From: an uncultured Desulfurococcales archaeon
GTDB lineage: Archaea > Thermoproteota > Thermoprotei_A > Sulfolobales > CAZFJX01
DNA length: 64,000 nucleotides
Direction: 5' to 3'
Assembly (NCBI GenBank): GCA_964519505.1
Contig: CAZFJX010000005.1
Span: 20,743-84,742, forward strand
Under the pieces are notes generated by a model. That model saw only the letters and a list, made by a program, of their open reading frames with translations, was not told the origin of the DNA and made no database searches. The translations under genes and the position numbers were made by a program. How positions within the stretch are numbered: position 1 is the stretch's first letter; each line of letters opens with the position of its first letter. Shown here piece by piece: positions 17,191-26,707 of the stretch.

Positions 17191-18486
17191 GTGGGTAAGA
17201 TTAGTAAACCAATAAGGTTTTTCTTAACAGTAGTCCTTATAACGGTAATTATGTCATCACTTATACATAACGTTTACATAGCCAATTCCGAGAGAGTTAT
17301 CTTGAGTAACATACCTTATTACCCTATGCATCACCCTACATGCGCCATAACAGCTCTCCAAATGATATTTTCGTACTATGGCTATAACTACAGCCATACC
17401 CTACTCATGGTAATTAGCGGTTGGGGTTTCGGTATATATTACTCAAGTAAGTATAGGTTCGGGTTTGGATGCTCACCTTATCCCGTGCTAGCGGTTATCT
17501 TTACGGCTAAGCAACTAGGGTTTAACGCCACCTACAGAACATTTAGTGATTTTAATAATGCCCTTACGTGGGTTAAAGAGAACTTAAGAAGAGGTGACCC
17601 TGTATTCTTAGAGATTAAGGGGCATTCGGTAGTAGCTGTTGGCTTTGATGATGGGGAAGGCGCTCTATACGTACATGACCCATCAGGAGGTATGTCATCG
17701 TGGGGGTTCCTTAGTGAAGGGCGTGCTCTAGGATTAAATGTCAGTTGGTATGTTGAAGAAATAACTAAGAGGGAAGGGTTTGGTGCCTTCGTTAAGGTAC
17801 CTTACGAGAGGATGAAAGAGTTATGGAGGTGGTATAGGGGTTATGAGGCAGTACTTATTAAGCCTGTTAATCCAGTAACTGACTTAACTAAGATTAAGTG
17901 GGTCGATATATTCGATAGGGTGGTCACTAATACCTTATACGGCCTAGAATACCCTGAGGATGAAGGAATTAATGCGTGGCTTAAGCTAGCTAATGATTTA
18001 AGAGGTAATTACTCAAGGGATTACTTAATTATTGTGAAGGACTACATATTAGGTATCGCCTGGAGGAATAGGGATGATGTGGCATCTTTCTTCACGGGGT
18101 TATCAACAGTGCTAAATATTTCTGAGTTAAGGGGTGTTTCATGGTATTTTAGGATGGCGGCTAGTGAGTATGGGCTAGCCTACTCATTACTGGGTTACGC
18201 AATACTCCACTATAACGACACAGACGTAAGTAACTACGTCATTAGGGCAGCTAAGTATATCGAGGAGGGTGCCCAATACGAGAAGAAAGCAGCGGAACTA
18301 CTATCTTCTAAGGTAAGTAAGTCCCTTAGGGCAAGGGTGAGTAAGGTAAGTACATCAACAACACCCACAACCCAGGGTATTACCCCACTAAATGCCATGT
18401 ATATATTGGCGGGCTTCGTCTTAGGCCTCGCTATAGGTGCTGTAGTATTTAAGGTGAAGAAACGTAAGTCATGGAGTAGGCATTAA
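17191..18486 (+). CDS. Membrane-anchored extracellular BtrH_N/C39-like (papain-fold) Cys-His protein with a helical C-terminal domain
   Basis: 431 aa, GTG start, with N- and C-terminal TMs. Candidate catalytic Cys in HHPTCAITALQMIFSYYGYNYSHTLLMVISGWGFGIYY; candidate His in KGHSVVAVGFDDGEGALYVHDP. A Thr-rich stalk (STSTTPTTQGITP) precedes the C-terminal anchor. Confidence 0.6.
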   Translation: MGKISKPIRFFLTVVLITVIMSSLIHNVYIANSERVILSNIPYYPMHHPTCAITALQMIFSYYGYNYSHTLLMVISGWGFGIYYSSKYRFGFGCSPYPVLAVIFTAKQLGFNATYRTFSDFNNALTWVKENLRRGDPVFLEIKGHSVVAVGFDDGEGALYVHDPSGGMSSWGFLSEGRALGLNVSWYVEEITKREGFGAFVKVPYERMKELWRWYRGYEAVLIKPVNPVTDLTKIKWVDIFDRVVTNTLYGLEYPEDEGINAWLKLANDLRGNYSRDYLIIVKDYILGIAWRNRDDVASFFTGLSTVLNISELRGVSWYFRMAASEYGLAYSLLGYAILHYNDTDVSNYVIRAAKYIEEGAQYEKKAAELLSSKVSKSLRARVSKVSTSTTPTTQGITPLNAMYILAGFVLGLAIGAVVFKVKKRKSWSRH

Positions 18487-19670
18487 GTATTTTTAGCTAC
18501 CTTAACCACACCCTCCTTAATTAACTCCTTAATCTCCTCATCACTATACCCTAACTCCTTAAGTATTTCTAAGGTATGCTCACCTAGATCCGGTGGCGGT
18601 AACTCGCTCATTAACCTAACACCATTAACCTTAGCAGGCTCGGCGAGCTGGGGTATCTTACCGAATTTCTTATGGGTTAAGTACCTTAAGATTCCTGAGG
18701 ACTTAATATGCGGATCTTTAAATACCTCATCAACGGTGTAGGCAGGAGCTACAGGGACCCCATATTTCTCAAGTAGCTTAACCCACTCCTCCCTACCCCT
18801 CTTGCTAAATACCTCATTAAGTATTTTGATAAGTACCTCCCTATTCCTAACCCTATCAGGGTTTGTTCTAAACCTAGGGTCTTCAGCTAACCCCTTAAGA
18901 CCTAAGGCATCACATAAGGACCTCCATAACCTATCGTTAGCTGCAGCAATAATGAAGTACTTACCTCTAGAGTCCTTAAACGCTTGGTAAGGAACTATTG
19001 AGGGGTGTCCCGAGCCTAACCTCTTAGGTACCTTACCACTCATTAAGTAGATTATGGGTATGTAGACCATAGAGAAAACAGCGGTATCATACATACCCAC
19101 CTCTATATAGGTAGGTCTCCTATTAGCGTATAGCGCTGCCAATACGTGAATAACCGCTGAGTAACCAGTAAGTATATCGAAGAGAGCGAAAGCAACCCTA
19201 ACAGGTGGTGCCCCCTCTTCACCTGTAGACATCATTAAACCACTTAACGCCTGGATAATTATGTCGTAAGCAGGCTTCATCTCGTAAGGTGACCCCCTCC
19301 CAAAACCCTTAATGCTACAGTAAATGAGTTTAGGGTTAAATTTAAGGAGCGTATCGTAATCAACACCTAACTTCTCAGGTACCCCAGGCCTGAAGTTCTC
19401 AATAACTACATCAGACCTACTAGCAAGCTTCCAAACAATTTCTCTACCCTTACTTGACTTAAGGTCTATAACTATAGACCTCTTACCCCTATTTATTGAG
19501 GCAAAGTAAGCACTTAATCCCTTAACTATGGGTGCCCAAGTCCTTGTCTCATCACCGTGAGGGGCTTCAATCTTAATGACATCAGCACCTAAGTCAGCAA
19601 GAACCATAGTAGCGAAAGGACCCGCCAGCGCGTGGCTTAAATCAAGAACCCTAACACCCCTCAACAACAT
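18483..19670 (-). CDS. Family III CoA-transferase (CaiB/BaiF / alpha-methylacyl-CoA racemase family)
   Basis: 395 aa. The N-terminus GVRVLDLSHALAGPFATMVLADLGADVIKIE and ...VVIENFRPG... are classic for the family. Confidence 0.9.
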   Translation of the reverse strand: MLLRGVRVLDLSHALAGPFATMVLADLGADVIKIEAPHGDETRTWAPIVKGLSAYFASINRGKRSIVIDLKSSKGREIVWKLASRSDVVIENFRPGVPEKLGVDYDTLLKFNPKLIYCSIKGFGRGSPYEMKPAYDIIIQALSGLMMSTGEEGAPPVRVAFALFDILTGYSAVIHVLAALYANRRPTYIEVGMYDTAVFSMVYIPIIYLMSGKVPKRLGSGHPSIVPYQAFKDSRGKYFIIAAANDRLWRSLCDALGLKGLAEDPRFRTNPDRVRNREVLIKILNEVFSKRGREEWVKLLEKYGVPVAPAYTVDEVFKDPHIKSSGILRYLTHKKFGKIPQLAEPAKVNGVRLMSELPPPDLGEHTLEILKELGYSDEEIKELIKEGVVKVAKNT

Positions 19671-19864
19671 ACAACAAACACCTAAACAACACTACACCAA
19701 CACCAATAAATAAAGTTAGTTCCTTCACAACATTATCAAAGCTAAAAATATCCCTTTAAGTATATACAACAGTAATGAGTGAATCGCTTTAAGAATTAAG
19801 TATTCTCAATAGTAAGGATGCTTTATTAACCTATTTATAAGTTCAATGCATTCTTTAGCAACAG

Positions 19865-20251
19865 CTAATAGTTCTTCGACATCGCTTTTGCTATACTCCT
19901 ACCGTATCGTGCTTGGATGTACGCCTCCTCTATTTCAATGAGTTGTTTTCTATATTTCCTGATAAAGTCTATTATCTCGTCTTTACCTATTACACTGTGA
20001 AGTTTAGAAAGTAATGTTCTAATACCATGTGCTTCAGGATAATATCCTGTTAGTTTCAGCAGTACTGCCTTCAAATATAGCTGTAAAGACTGTTCAGTAT
20101 GAAAGATAGCTAAGTTATATAGTCCTTCAGCTAAATCTCTTTCAGCTTCCTTAAGAAATTCTAGTGCCCTCTTTATTAGGGTGTTTACTCTTGAGATATG
20201 GCTCATTATTACACCTTTATAGCCTTTATCCTTAAGTTCTCGAAGAACCAT
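19865..20251 (-). CDS. HEPN domain protein (pair 1), 3' end apparently frameshifted
   Basis: 128-aa ORF. ALEFLKEAERDLAEGLYNLAIFHTEQSLQLYLKAVLL...HGIRTLL...EEAYIQARYGR. The expected HEPN C-terminus EYSKSDVEELLAVAKECIELINRLIKHPYY is encoded in another frame at 19898-19806 (see findings). The likely true start is MSHISRV (~20206). Confidence 0.75.
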   Translation of the reverse strand: MVLRELKDKGYKGVIMSHISRVNTLIKRALEFLKEAERDLAEGLYNLAIFHTEQSLQLYLKAVLLKLTGYYPEAHGIRTLLSKLHSVIGKDEIIDFIRKYRKQLIEIEEAYIQARYGRSIAKAMSKNY

Positions 20252-20571
20252 TTACTCTCCTCAATAGTAACTGGATGAAGTTCTACGAGGTTTGGGCCCA
20301 GACTAAGTGCATCCTCAATGAGGATCTTAAGCTCTATGCGTTTCCTATGGTCTTTAGGTATGCTGTCTGAAACCACTAACACATCTAAATCACTTGCCGC
20401 CGTGAACTCACCCCTAACAACACTCCCAAAAACATATACTTCGGCATCAGGAATAATCCGTAACACAACTTCCTTTATTTTCTTAGCTAATTCACGCCAA
20501 TTCTTAAGCATTAAATACCTCCTATACCCATGCTTAAGTAGAGAATCACTCATGAATACCCCACACAGCAT
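20209..20571 (-). CDS. Minimal nucleotidyltransferase (MNT, pol-beta fold), pair 1
   Basis: 120 aa. GSVVRGEFTAASDLDVLVVS motif. Overlaps the downstream HEPN gene. Confidence 0.85.
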   Translation of the reverse strand: MLCGVFMSDSLLKHGYRRYLMLKNWRELAKKIKEVVLRIIPDAEVYVFGSVVRGEFTAASDLDVLVVSDSIPKDHRKRIELKILIEDALSLGPNLVELHPVTIEESKWFFENLRIKAIKV

Positions 20572-20754
20572 CCCTTATGGTTCTAGGTGCTTAATTAAAG
20601 ACATGTTTCGATACCATATATTTTTAATGCTTATAAGCCTAAGTTGGGTTGTCGGTTGGGATACATGATTAACGTACGGTTTGATTTATGTCTCGTTTGT
20701 AGGACGTTAGCGTTGTATGGGTTTTAGTTTTATTCCTTATTCACGTATCTATGC

Positions 20755-22026
20755 ATGGTAGGTGGCATGAGTCGTAAGCTTGGGGTTGCTCTATTGGTTT
20801 TAGTGGCTATTACTGCATGGTCGTCTCTGATCGTTGCTGGGTGTTTCGATATTAAGGATGTAGCGTCTATAGAGGTAGTACTGAATAAGCCTGGAGTCGC
20901 CTATGACTTAAGTGTGCTTGAGTCAAACCCGAAGGTAGTTAAGGTTAAGTATATAGGGTTTAGGGGTGGTGATTACGCATACCTATATAGGTCTCACATA
21001 GATAGACACCTAGTCGTTATAGTATCGCTCCAGGAAGTTCCGCCAGTCACAGGCTACTATTTAGCCATTAGAGTTGAGAGCCCCCTTAAGGAGGTCTACG
21101 TACCAGTAACCATGGTTTCAGTAGAGCTCAGTAATGTTAGTATTAATATTGAGGAATTTATTGAGAGAATTAAAAGAGTTGAGGAACTATACCTAATGAA
21201 GGTTAAGATAGGATATAAACTAACTGGTGAAGATAGATACGTAAGGGCGGTACTTAGGAAGGACTATGAGGGCACTGAGGTCTCTATATTCATTAGCTTA
21301 GTTAGGGGTAAGTTATTCATTAATGCCTACATAAGAGGGGAGGTGGGGAGCGTTAAGTATGAGGAGATTATCAATGAGGTTAAGGAGGTCATTAAATACG
21401 TACTCGAGGACCTATACAATGAGGAATCTCTAAAGGTTAGGGAAAGTACTGAAACTATATACGAACCTATGGTTAATCCCAATAAGATTAGGGAGGCGCT
21501 GATCTACGAACTCTTATGGCTTACTAGGGTAGGCGTTATTAATGGGTTAAGTGAGGGCGATATTAAGGCTATAGGTGAAGTGGCTGAAGTAGGTAATGCC
21601 GGGTGGAATAGTAGGTTAGTCTATTATGAAGGTGAGTGGATACCTTACTATAAGGTCAGCGACGCTTTATTAATCAAGGTTTATGGGGGCTGCAGTTGGG
21701 AGTATCCACCAGAGAAGATACCTCAAGAACCACCAGAGCCTACCGAGACAGTGATGACTACGTTAATACCTCAGGAGACAACCACTTACGTACACCCACA
21801 CACTACAGTACCTACATCAACAATTGAGACACATACGGCTATAGAAACACCCCCCATGCCTACCGAGACGCCTACGATAGCGGCTCATGCAACATCATCA
21901 AAAACGACGGTAACGACGGTCACCATTTCTCCATGGTTAAGTACTTACTTACACATAGCGATAGCTTTAATGATTGCGTTAATAGTCGCAGTAGCTGTAG
22001 CTCTTATATTTAAGGCGTCTAGGTAA
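20755..22026 (+). CDS. Surface protein: N-terminal signal/TM, unknown globular region, Thr/Pro-rich stalk, C-terminal TM anchor
   Basis: 423 aa. MSRKLGVALLVLVAITAW...; stalk PQEPPEPTETVMTTLIPQETTTYVHPHTTVPTSTIETHTAIETPPMPTETPT; anchor HIAIALMIALIVAVAVALIF. Confidence 0.6.
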   Translation: MVGGMSRKLGVALLVLVAITAWSSLIVAGCFDIKDVASIEVVLNKPGVAYDLSVLESNPKVVKVKYIGFRGGDYAYLYRSHIDRHLVVIVSLQEVPPVTGYYLAIRVESPLKEVYVPVTMVSVELSNVSINIEEFIERIKRVEELYLMKVKIGYKLTGEDRYVRAVLRKDYEGTEVSIFISLVRGKLFINAYIRGEVGSVKYEEIINEVKEVIKYVLEDLYNEESLKVRESTETIYEPMVNPNKIREALIYELLWLTRVGVINGLSEGDIKAIGEVAEVGNAGWNSRLVYYEGEWIPYYKVSDALLIKVYGGCSWEYPPEKIPQEPPEPTETVMTTLIPQETTTYVHPHTTVPTSTIETHTAIETPPMPTETPTIAAHATSSKTTVTTVTISPWLSTYLHIAIALMIALIVAVAVALIFKASR

Positions 22027-22052
22027 GCATTAAGCGTAGGTAAGTAACGTAG

Positions 22053-22469
22053 GTGACTTCTGTGAGGGGTATTGATAGTGAGGCGCTTAAGGTATATATA
22101 AAGCTACTTAAGTACGGTAAGCCCGTAGGTGTTAGGGAGGCTCAGAGATTACTAGGGTATAGAAGCCCTGGGAAGACTCAGAGGGTTCTTGAGAGGTTAG
22201 TTAAGGCTAACTTAGCCTTTAGAAATGAAAATGGCGATTACGTAATCGTTAAGGAACTACCGCCTCAGTTAGCCTCATACATGGTCATAAGGAAGTTAAT
22301 ATTACCTAGGTCTCTAGTCTACGCGACATTCACGACTACTTTCGTAGTGACTTACGCATTACTCACTGACCTACCAGCACATCTAGTTATTGTGCTGGCT
22401 ATAGTCACCATACCTTACTGGTTAGAGACTGCCAAGATGGTTAAGCTACTTAAGGACTTAATGAAGTAA
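22053..22469 (+). CDS. wHTH domain protein with two C-terminal TM helices
   Basis: 138 aa, GTG start. KVYIKLLKYGKPVGVREAQRLLGYRSPGKTQRVLERLVKANLAFRNENGDYVI, then SLVYATFTTTFVVTYALL and LVIVLAIVTIPYWL. Confidence 0.55.
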   Translation: MTSVRGIDSEALKVYIKLLKYGKPVGVREAQRLLGYRSPGKTQRVLERLVKANLAFRNENGDYVIVKELPPQLASYMVIRKLILPRSLVYATFTTTFVVTYALLTDLPAHLVIVLAIVTIPYWLETAKMVKLLKDLMK

Positions 22470-22802
22470 TTATTTAACGCTCTCATCAACCCAGCTCAGG
22501 TAGTCCTCATAACCAGCGATTATGGGTAAGGCAATTATCTCAGGCACTGAATAGCTATGGATACCTTTCACAACATTAATTAACTCATTAAGCAGGTCAA
22601 TTCTAGTTTTCACTATTAGCAGTACCTCCTTGGCCTCATCAATTCTACCCTCCCACCAAAAGAATGACTTAACGTCCCTCACGATATTTACGCAAGCCGC
22701 TAACCTAGTATTTAGCAACGCCTTAGCTATCTTCTCAGCCTCAGCTTCCGAAGATGACGTAATTAACACGACGACATGTGCACCTCTCACGAACAACACC
22801 AA
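22470..22802 (-). CDS. cutA: Divalent-cation tolerance protein CutA
   Basis: 110 aa. AEKIAKALLNTRLAACVNI...SFFWWEGRIDEAKEVLLIVKT...HSYSVPEI matches the CutA1 pattern. Confidence 0.85.
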   Translation of the reverse strand: MVLFVRGAHVVVLITSSSEAEAEKIAKALLNTRLAACVNIVRDVKSFFWWEGRIDEAKEVLLIVKTRIDLLNELINVVKGIHSYSVPEIIALPIIAGYEDYLSWVDESVK

Positions 22803-22864
22803 TTATTAATTGTTAAAGCATTATAAAGAGGTGTTAGTGGATGGCTATATCCATAAGTAACTGG

Positions 22865-23245
22865 CTATGTGAAGAGACCGTAATCATCAACTATAACTAT
22901 CCTATTTCTTAGTGCTTCTTTCCACCAAGGCTTTGATAAATTCCTCTTAGCTTCTTGTAGTGTCCAGATTTTAACCTCGAAATTCTCTGGTATGAACTTA
23001 GAAATGATGTCATACCTCTTAAGGAAGTCTATGTTGGTGAAGTATTCGGATATGAGTATTACGTCAACATCGCTCCATAAGTTAAAATCCCCTCTAGCAT
23101 AGCTTCCGTAAATAATTAATGTTACTTTACCTATTACTTTCCTTATAACGTTAGAGAACTCTGTAGCTTCCTTTATTACCTTATCAACTATTGATTTACG
23201 CTTCTTAATCACTTCTTCCCATGAACCTACCGACACATTCCTCAA
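22865..23245 (-). CDS. Minimal nucleotidyltransferase (MNT), pair 2
   Basis: 126 aa. GSYARGDFNLWSDVDVILIS. Confidence 0.85.
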   Translation of the reverse strand: MRNVSVGSWEEVIKKRKSIVDKVIKEATEFSNVIRKVIGKVTLIIYGSYARGDFNLWSDVDVILISEYFTNIDFLKRYDIISKFIPENFEVKIWTLQEAKRNLSKPWWKEALRNRIVIVDDYGLFT

Positions 23246-23633
23246 CCCATGAAATCACTTTCTTAACGCACTCCTTAGACCTTAGCGCCTCATTCCTTGT
23301 GAAATATTCATGAGGAGCGCCTTCACTAAACGCGTTTGGATAACGTGGTGGTATATACATTTTATTAAGGTATAGGAGACATTCAAATAACTCGTCGTTT
23401 AACTCTCCACAAACCTCATTCACTTCCTTACTGAGTCTTTTCAGGTCATGTCCGAAGGCTGGTTTGCCTACAGCTCTAAGTAAAGCTTTTAAGGCGTATT
23501 CCGCGGCTTGGTGAGCCTTAAAGCAAGCCCAGTCATAACTACCGAAGTTTATGTCTGCCTCCATGGAGTTTAATGTATGCTTAGCTTGACTTACCCATCT
23601 TCTATATTCGCTAACGTCAATCAGGTACTTCAT
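23205..23633 (-). CDS. HEPN domain protein, pair 2
   Basis: 142 aa. WACFKAHQAAEYALKALLRAVGKPAFGHDLKRL...YIPPRYP. Overlaps the downstream MNT gene by 41 nt. Confidence 0.85.
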   Translation of the reverse strand: MKYLIDVSEYRRWVSQAKHTLNSMEADINFGSYDWACFKAHQAAEYALKALLRAVGKPAFGHDLKRLSKEVNEVCGELNDELFECLLYLNKMYIPPRYPNAFSEGAPHEYFTRNEALRSKECVKKVISWVEECVGRFMGRSD

Positions 23634-23759
23634 ACGCGATACCTAATTCTATGTTAAGTGTTATATCGTATTAACTTTTTGATTGTTGGTTCAAGGGGTT
23701 TTGTGTTTAATGACTTAATAACGTGTTATTTAAGAGGGGTTGTTACATACTTTCCTTGG

Positions 23760-25076
23760 GTGTGTAGGCTGACTACGTTAATTAGGATTGCTAGAAGTGG
23801 TAGTGTAACGCCGGAAATTGAGGAGGTGGCCGAGGCTGAAGGCATATCACCTAATAAGTTAAGGTCTAGGATAGCTACTGGTAGGGTTATAATTATTAGG
23901 AATGTTAAGGCTGACGGTGTTAAGGGACTAGGTGTTGGGCAGGGGTTATTCACTAAGGTAAACGTCAACGTAGGTACTAGCGAGCTCGTTAAGGACCTGG
24001 ACCTTGAGTTAGAGAAGGTTAGGATATCGAAGAAGTACGGTGCTGACTCAATAATGGACCTATCAACGGGCGGTGACTTAGACACTATTAGGAGAGCCGT
24101 AATTAAAGAGACTAGACCACTACCCTTAGGTACAGTACCTACTTACCAGGCTTTCATTGAGGCTTTTAGGAAGAAGAAAGGTGGTGCTTACTTCACGGAG
24201 GATGAGTTATTCAATGTTGTTGAGAGACACCTTAAGGACGGTGTTGATTTCATGACCATTCATGCAGGTATAACTAAGGACTTAGGACTTAAGCTAATCA
24301 GGAGTGGGAGGGTCATTAAGATAGTTAGCCGTGGTGGTGACATGATACTTGGGTGGATGCTCTATAACGATTCTGAAAACCCGTTCTACAAGAACTTCGA
24401 CTACCTACTAGAGATGTTTGCTGAGTATGACGCAACAATAAGCCTAGGCGATGCGTTAAGGCCTGGAGGTATTGCGGACGCCTTAGATGAGTTCCATATA
24501 GGTGAGTTAATAAATAACGCTAGGCTAGCTAGGAGGGCCATAGAGTACGGTGTTCAGGTAATGATTGAAGGCCCGGGACACGTCCCCCTACATCTGATTA
24601 AGACAGACGTTAAGTTAATGAAGAGGTTAAGCGGTGGTGTTCCCTACTACGTATTAGGCCCCTTACCCACAGATATAGCGGCACCTTATGACCATATAGC
24701 CGCAGCAGCCGGTGCCTCAATAGCTGCTGCGGCTGGTGCTGACTTACTCTGCTACTTAACTCCTGCTGAGCACCTATCGTTACCTACTTTAGAGCAGGTT
24801 AAGGAGGGTCTTATAGCTACTAAGATAGCTGCCCACATAGGTGACATAGTTAAGTACGGCCCTAGGGCTATGAAGAGAGATATCCTAGTTAGTAAGTTAC
24901 GTGCTGAAGTCAATATAGCTAAGACAATACCTCACCTACTAATACCTGAAGATGCTGAGAGAGTGTTTAAGCAGTTCGGTGTGGCGCCAGCTAAGGGCTG
25001 CACCATGTGTGGTGAGTACTGCCCATTAATGCTACTTCAGGAGCAGGCTAAGAAAGTCTTGAAAGAGAAGAAGTAG
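23760..25076 (+). CDS. thiC: Phosphomethylpyrimidine synthase ThiC (radical SAM, thiamine pyrimidine branch)
   Basis: The ORF is open from 23658, but conserved ThiC sequence begins near GTG 23760 ([27 protein letters not shown]...). IEGPGHVPL; C-terminal cluster motif [15 protein letters not shown]-like ttatttaag lies ~23 nt upstream of 23760. Confidence 0.9.
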   Translation: MCRLTTLIRIARSGSVTPEIEEVAEAEGISPNKLRSRIATGRVIIIRNVKADGVKGLGVGQGLFTKVNVNVGTSELVKDLDLELEKVRISKKYGADSIMDLSTGGDLDTIRRAVIKETRPLPLGTVPTYQAFIEAFRKKKGGAYFTEDELFNVVERHLKDGVDFMTIHAGITKDLGLKLIRSGRVIKIVSRGGDMILGWMLYNDSENPFYKNFDYLLEMFAEYDATISLGDALRPGGIADALDEFHIGELINNARLARRAIEYGVQVMIEGPGHVPLHLIKTDVKLMKRLSGGVPYYVLGPLPTDIAAPYDHIAAAAGASIAAAAGADLLCYLTPAEHLSLPTLEQVKEGLIATKIAAHIGDIVKYGPRAMKRDILVSKLRAEVNIAKTIPHLLIPEDAERVFKQFGVAPAKGCTMCGEYCPLMLLQEQAKKVLKEKK

Positions 25077-25113
25077 GTACGCAGTAACGCTTAGTAACCT
25101 ACCCCTTAAACTA

Positions 25114-25119
25114 TTTTTT
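25114..25119 (+). terminator. Oligo-T tract downstream of thiC (candidate archaeal terminator)
   Basis: TTTTTT lies 38 nt after the thiC stop. Archaeal RNAP terminates at oligo-T tracts. The call is weak because the next gene starts at 25122. Confidence 0.25.
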
Positions 25120-25121
25120 AG

Positions 25122-26012
25122 GTGTACTTATTGAGTACAAGTAACGACCTACGTAAGTACTTACCATACATGCCGCCACTAATACTTATAGTGATAGCTA
25201 CTCTCTCATACGTCGCTGATTTCTGGATTGACTATTGGAGGGGGATTACATTCTTAGGTGAGGAGGTTTTCTACGTAGCGTTACTGCCGATTATTTACCA
25301 TGGAGTATCGCGTGCTTTAGGTATTGAGTTAATAATTATATTCTCATCATCTATATGGTTAGCGAGTACGTTAAAGAACATATTTAAAATGCCTAGACCA
25401 CCTAAGCAGTTATGGCTTACTAAGGCGTCAGGCTATGGATTCCCTAGTGGACACGCACTGGGCTCCTCAGTATTCTGGGGTTACCTCTCTATATATTATA
25501 AGGTATTAATACCAACAGCTATAACGTTGATAGTCCTTATATCGGTATCTAGACTCATACTTAGAGTTCACTATCCTGTGGATGTAATTGGTGGTTTATT
25601 TATCGGGTTTTTAGTGATTACTGGCTCCTTAACCATTAAGAGGGCTTACGTAAGTAGAATGGGTGTTAAGGCTAAGGTAGTTACTACAATTATCTACGCA
25701 TTAATACTACTAGGGCTATCCTACCTAGCTAAGACGCTAACTTATGTTGAGTACATGACCGTAGGTGTCATGGTAGGCAGCTACTTAGGGCATGCACTAC
25801 TACATATGGGTAAGGAGAAACCACCTAAACTAACCATTAAAGGAAGAGTGATAGGCTCTATAATAGCCCTAGTGATTAGCTTCGTAGGATATAAGCTAAG
25901 TATGTATATACCTCAAGACCCTCTACTACTGCCTCATTACCTAATAACGTCGTTACTAATGATATACGTCACTGGAGTATTAGTGGAGCGTATTAAGTTG
26001 TTTAGAGATTAA
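25122..26012 (+). CDS. PAP2-family (type 2 phosphatidic acid phosphatase-like) membrane phosphatase
   Basis: 296 aa, GTG start. The three PAP2 motifs are KNIFKMPRPP, GFPSGHALGS and SRLILRVHYPVDVIGG. Confidence 0.8.
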   Translation: MYLLSTSNDLRKYLPYMPPLILIVIATLSYVADFWIDYWRGITFLGEEVFYVALLPIIYHGVSRALGIELIIIFSSSIWLASTLKNIFKMPRPPKQLWLTKASGYGFPSGHALGSSVFWGYLSIYYKVLIPTAITLIVLISVSRLILRVHYPVDVIGGLFIGFLVITGSLTIKRAYVSRMGVKAKVVTTIIYALILLGLSYLAKTLTYVEYMTVGVMVGSYLGHALLHMGKEKPPKLTIKGRVIGSIIALVISFVGYKLSMYIPQDPLLLPHYLITSLLMIYVTGVLVERIKLFRD

Positions 26013-26080
26013 CGCCCTTTATAAAGTCGCTCTTAATTAGTTTTCATGTTGTAAGACATGGGAGGAAGTCTTATCTAGGG

Positions 26081-26707
26081 GTGCAACTATTTCTTTGGTG
26101 GGCAGTGTTCTACATACTGATAGCTGGCGGTCCCTGCACAGGTAAAACGACGCTTACTAACCTACTTAGTCATGCCTTAAGAGAGAAGGGTTTTAGAGTT
26201 TACGTCATTAGAGATTGGGCTAGAGAGTTAATCAAGATAAGTAAAGAGGGTAAAGAGAATGGAGGCCCATTACCATGGACTGATAGGGTCGGTTTTGAGG
26301 TTGAGGTAGCTAGGAGACACTTAAATGAATTCAAACAAGCATTAAAGTCAAGGTTTGATGTAATCATTGAGGATTCGGGATCCATAGCTACCATAGCTTA
26401 CTGTAAAGCTGATGGAGTTAAGATGCCTTCAGAAATAGTTAATGAGATTATCAAGCATTCAAGAAACATAGATTTAGTACTAATTACTGAACCAAATAGT
26501 GACTACATGAAAGATGCTGAGAGGTGGGAGGAGAGGAGTTATGCGCTAAAAATACATAAAGAGATAATTAAGATACATAAGGAACTACTTAAGGATAAAG
26601 TAATTATATTACCATCATCACCAACACCTAAACAAAGGCTACAGAACGTACTGAACGTACTCTCAGCTAAATACCCAAGAATTAAGGCACGTAGGTTAAG
26701 GACTTAA
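26081..26707 (+). CDS. P-loop ATPase (AAA_28 / COG3911-like)
   Basis: 208 aa, GTG start. ILIAGGPCTGKTTLTNLL...IRDWARELI...PLPWTD. Confidence 0.6.
   Translation: MQLFLWWAVFYILIAGGPCTGKTTLTNLLSHALREKGFRVYVIRDWARELIKISKEGKENGGPLPWTDRVGFEVEVARRHLNEFKQALKSRFDVIIEDSGSIATIAYCKADGVKMPSEIVNEIIKHSRNIDLVLITEPNSDYMKDAERWEERSYALKIHKEIIKIHKELLKDKVIILPSSPTPKQRLQNVLNVLSAKYPRIKARRLRT

Noticed and set aside
23634-23759. Possible TPP riboswitch or leader upstream of thiC. The ORF is open ~100 nt upstream of conserved ThiC sequence.
   Set aside because: The conserved CUGAGA / ACCUGAUCUGGAUAAUGCCAGCG-type TPP elements are absent. The extra N-terminal residues look non-conserved, and a TATA-like box sits inside them. 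A mis-extended ORF with the true start near 23760 is more likely.
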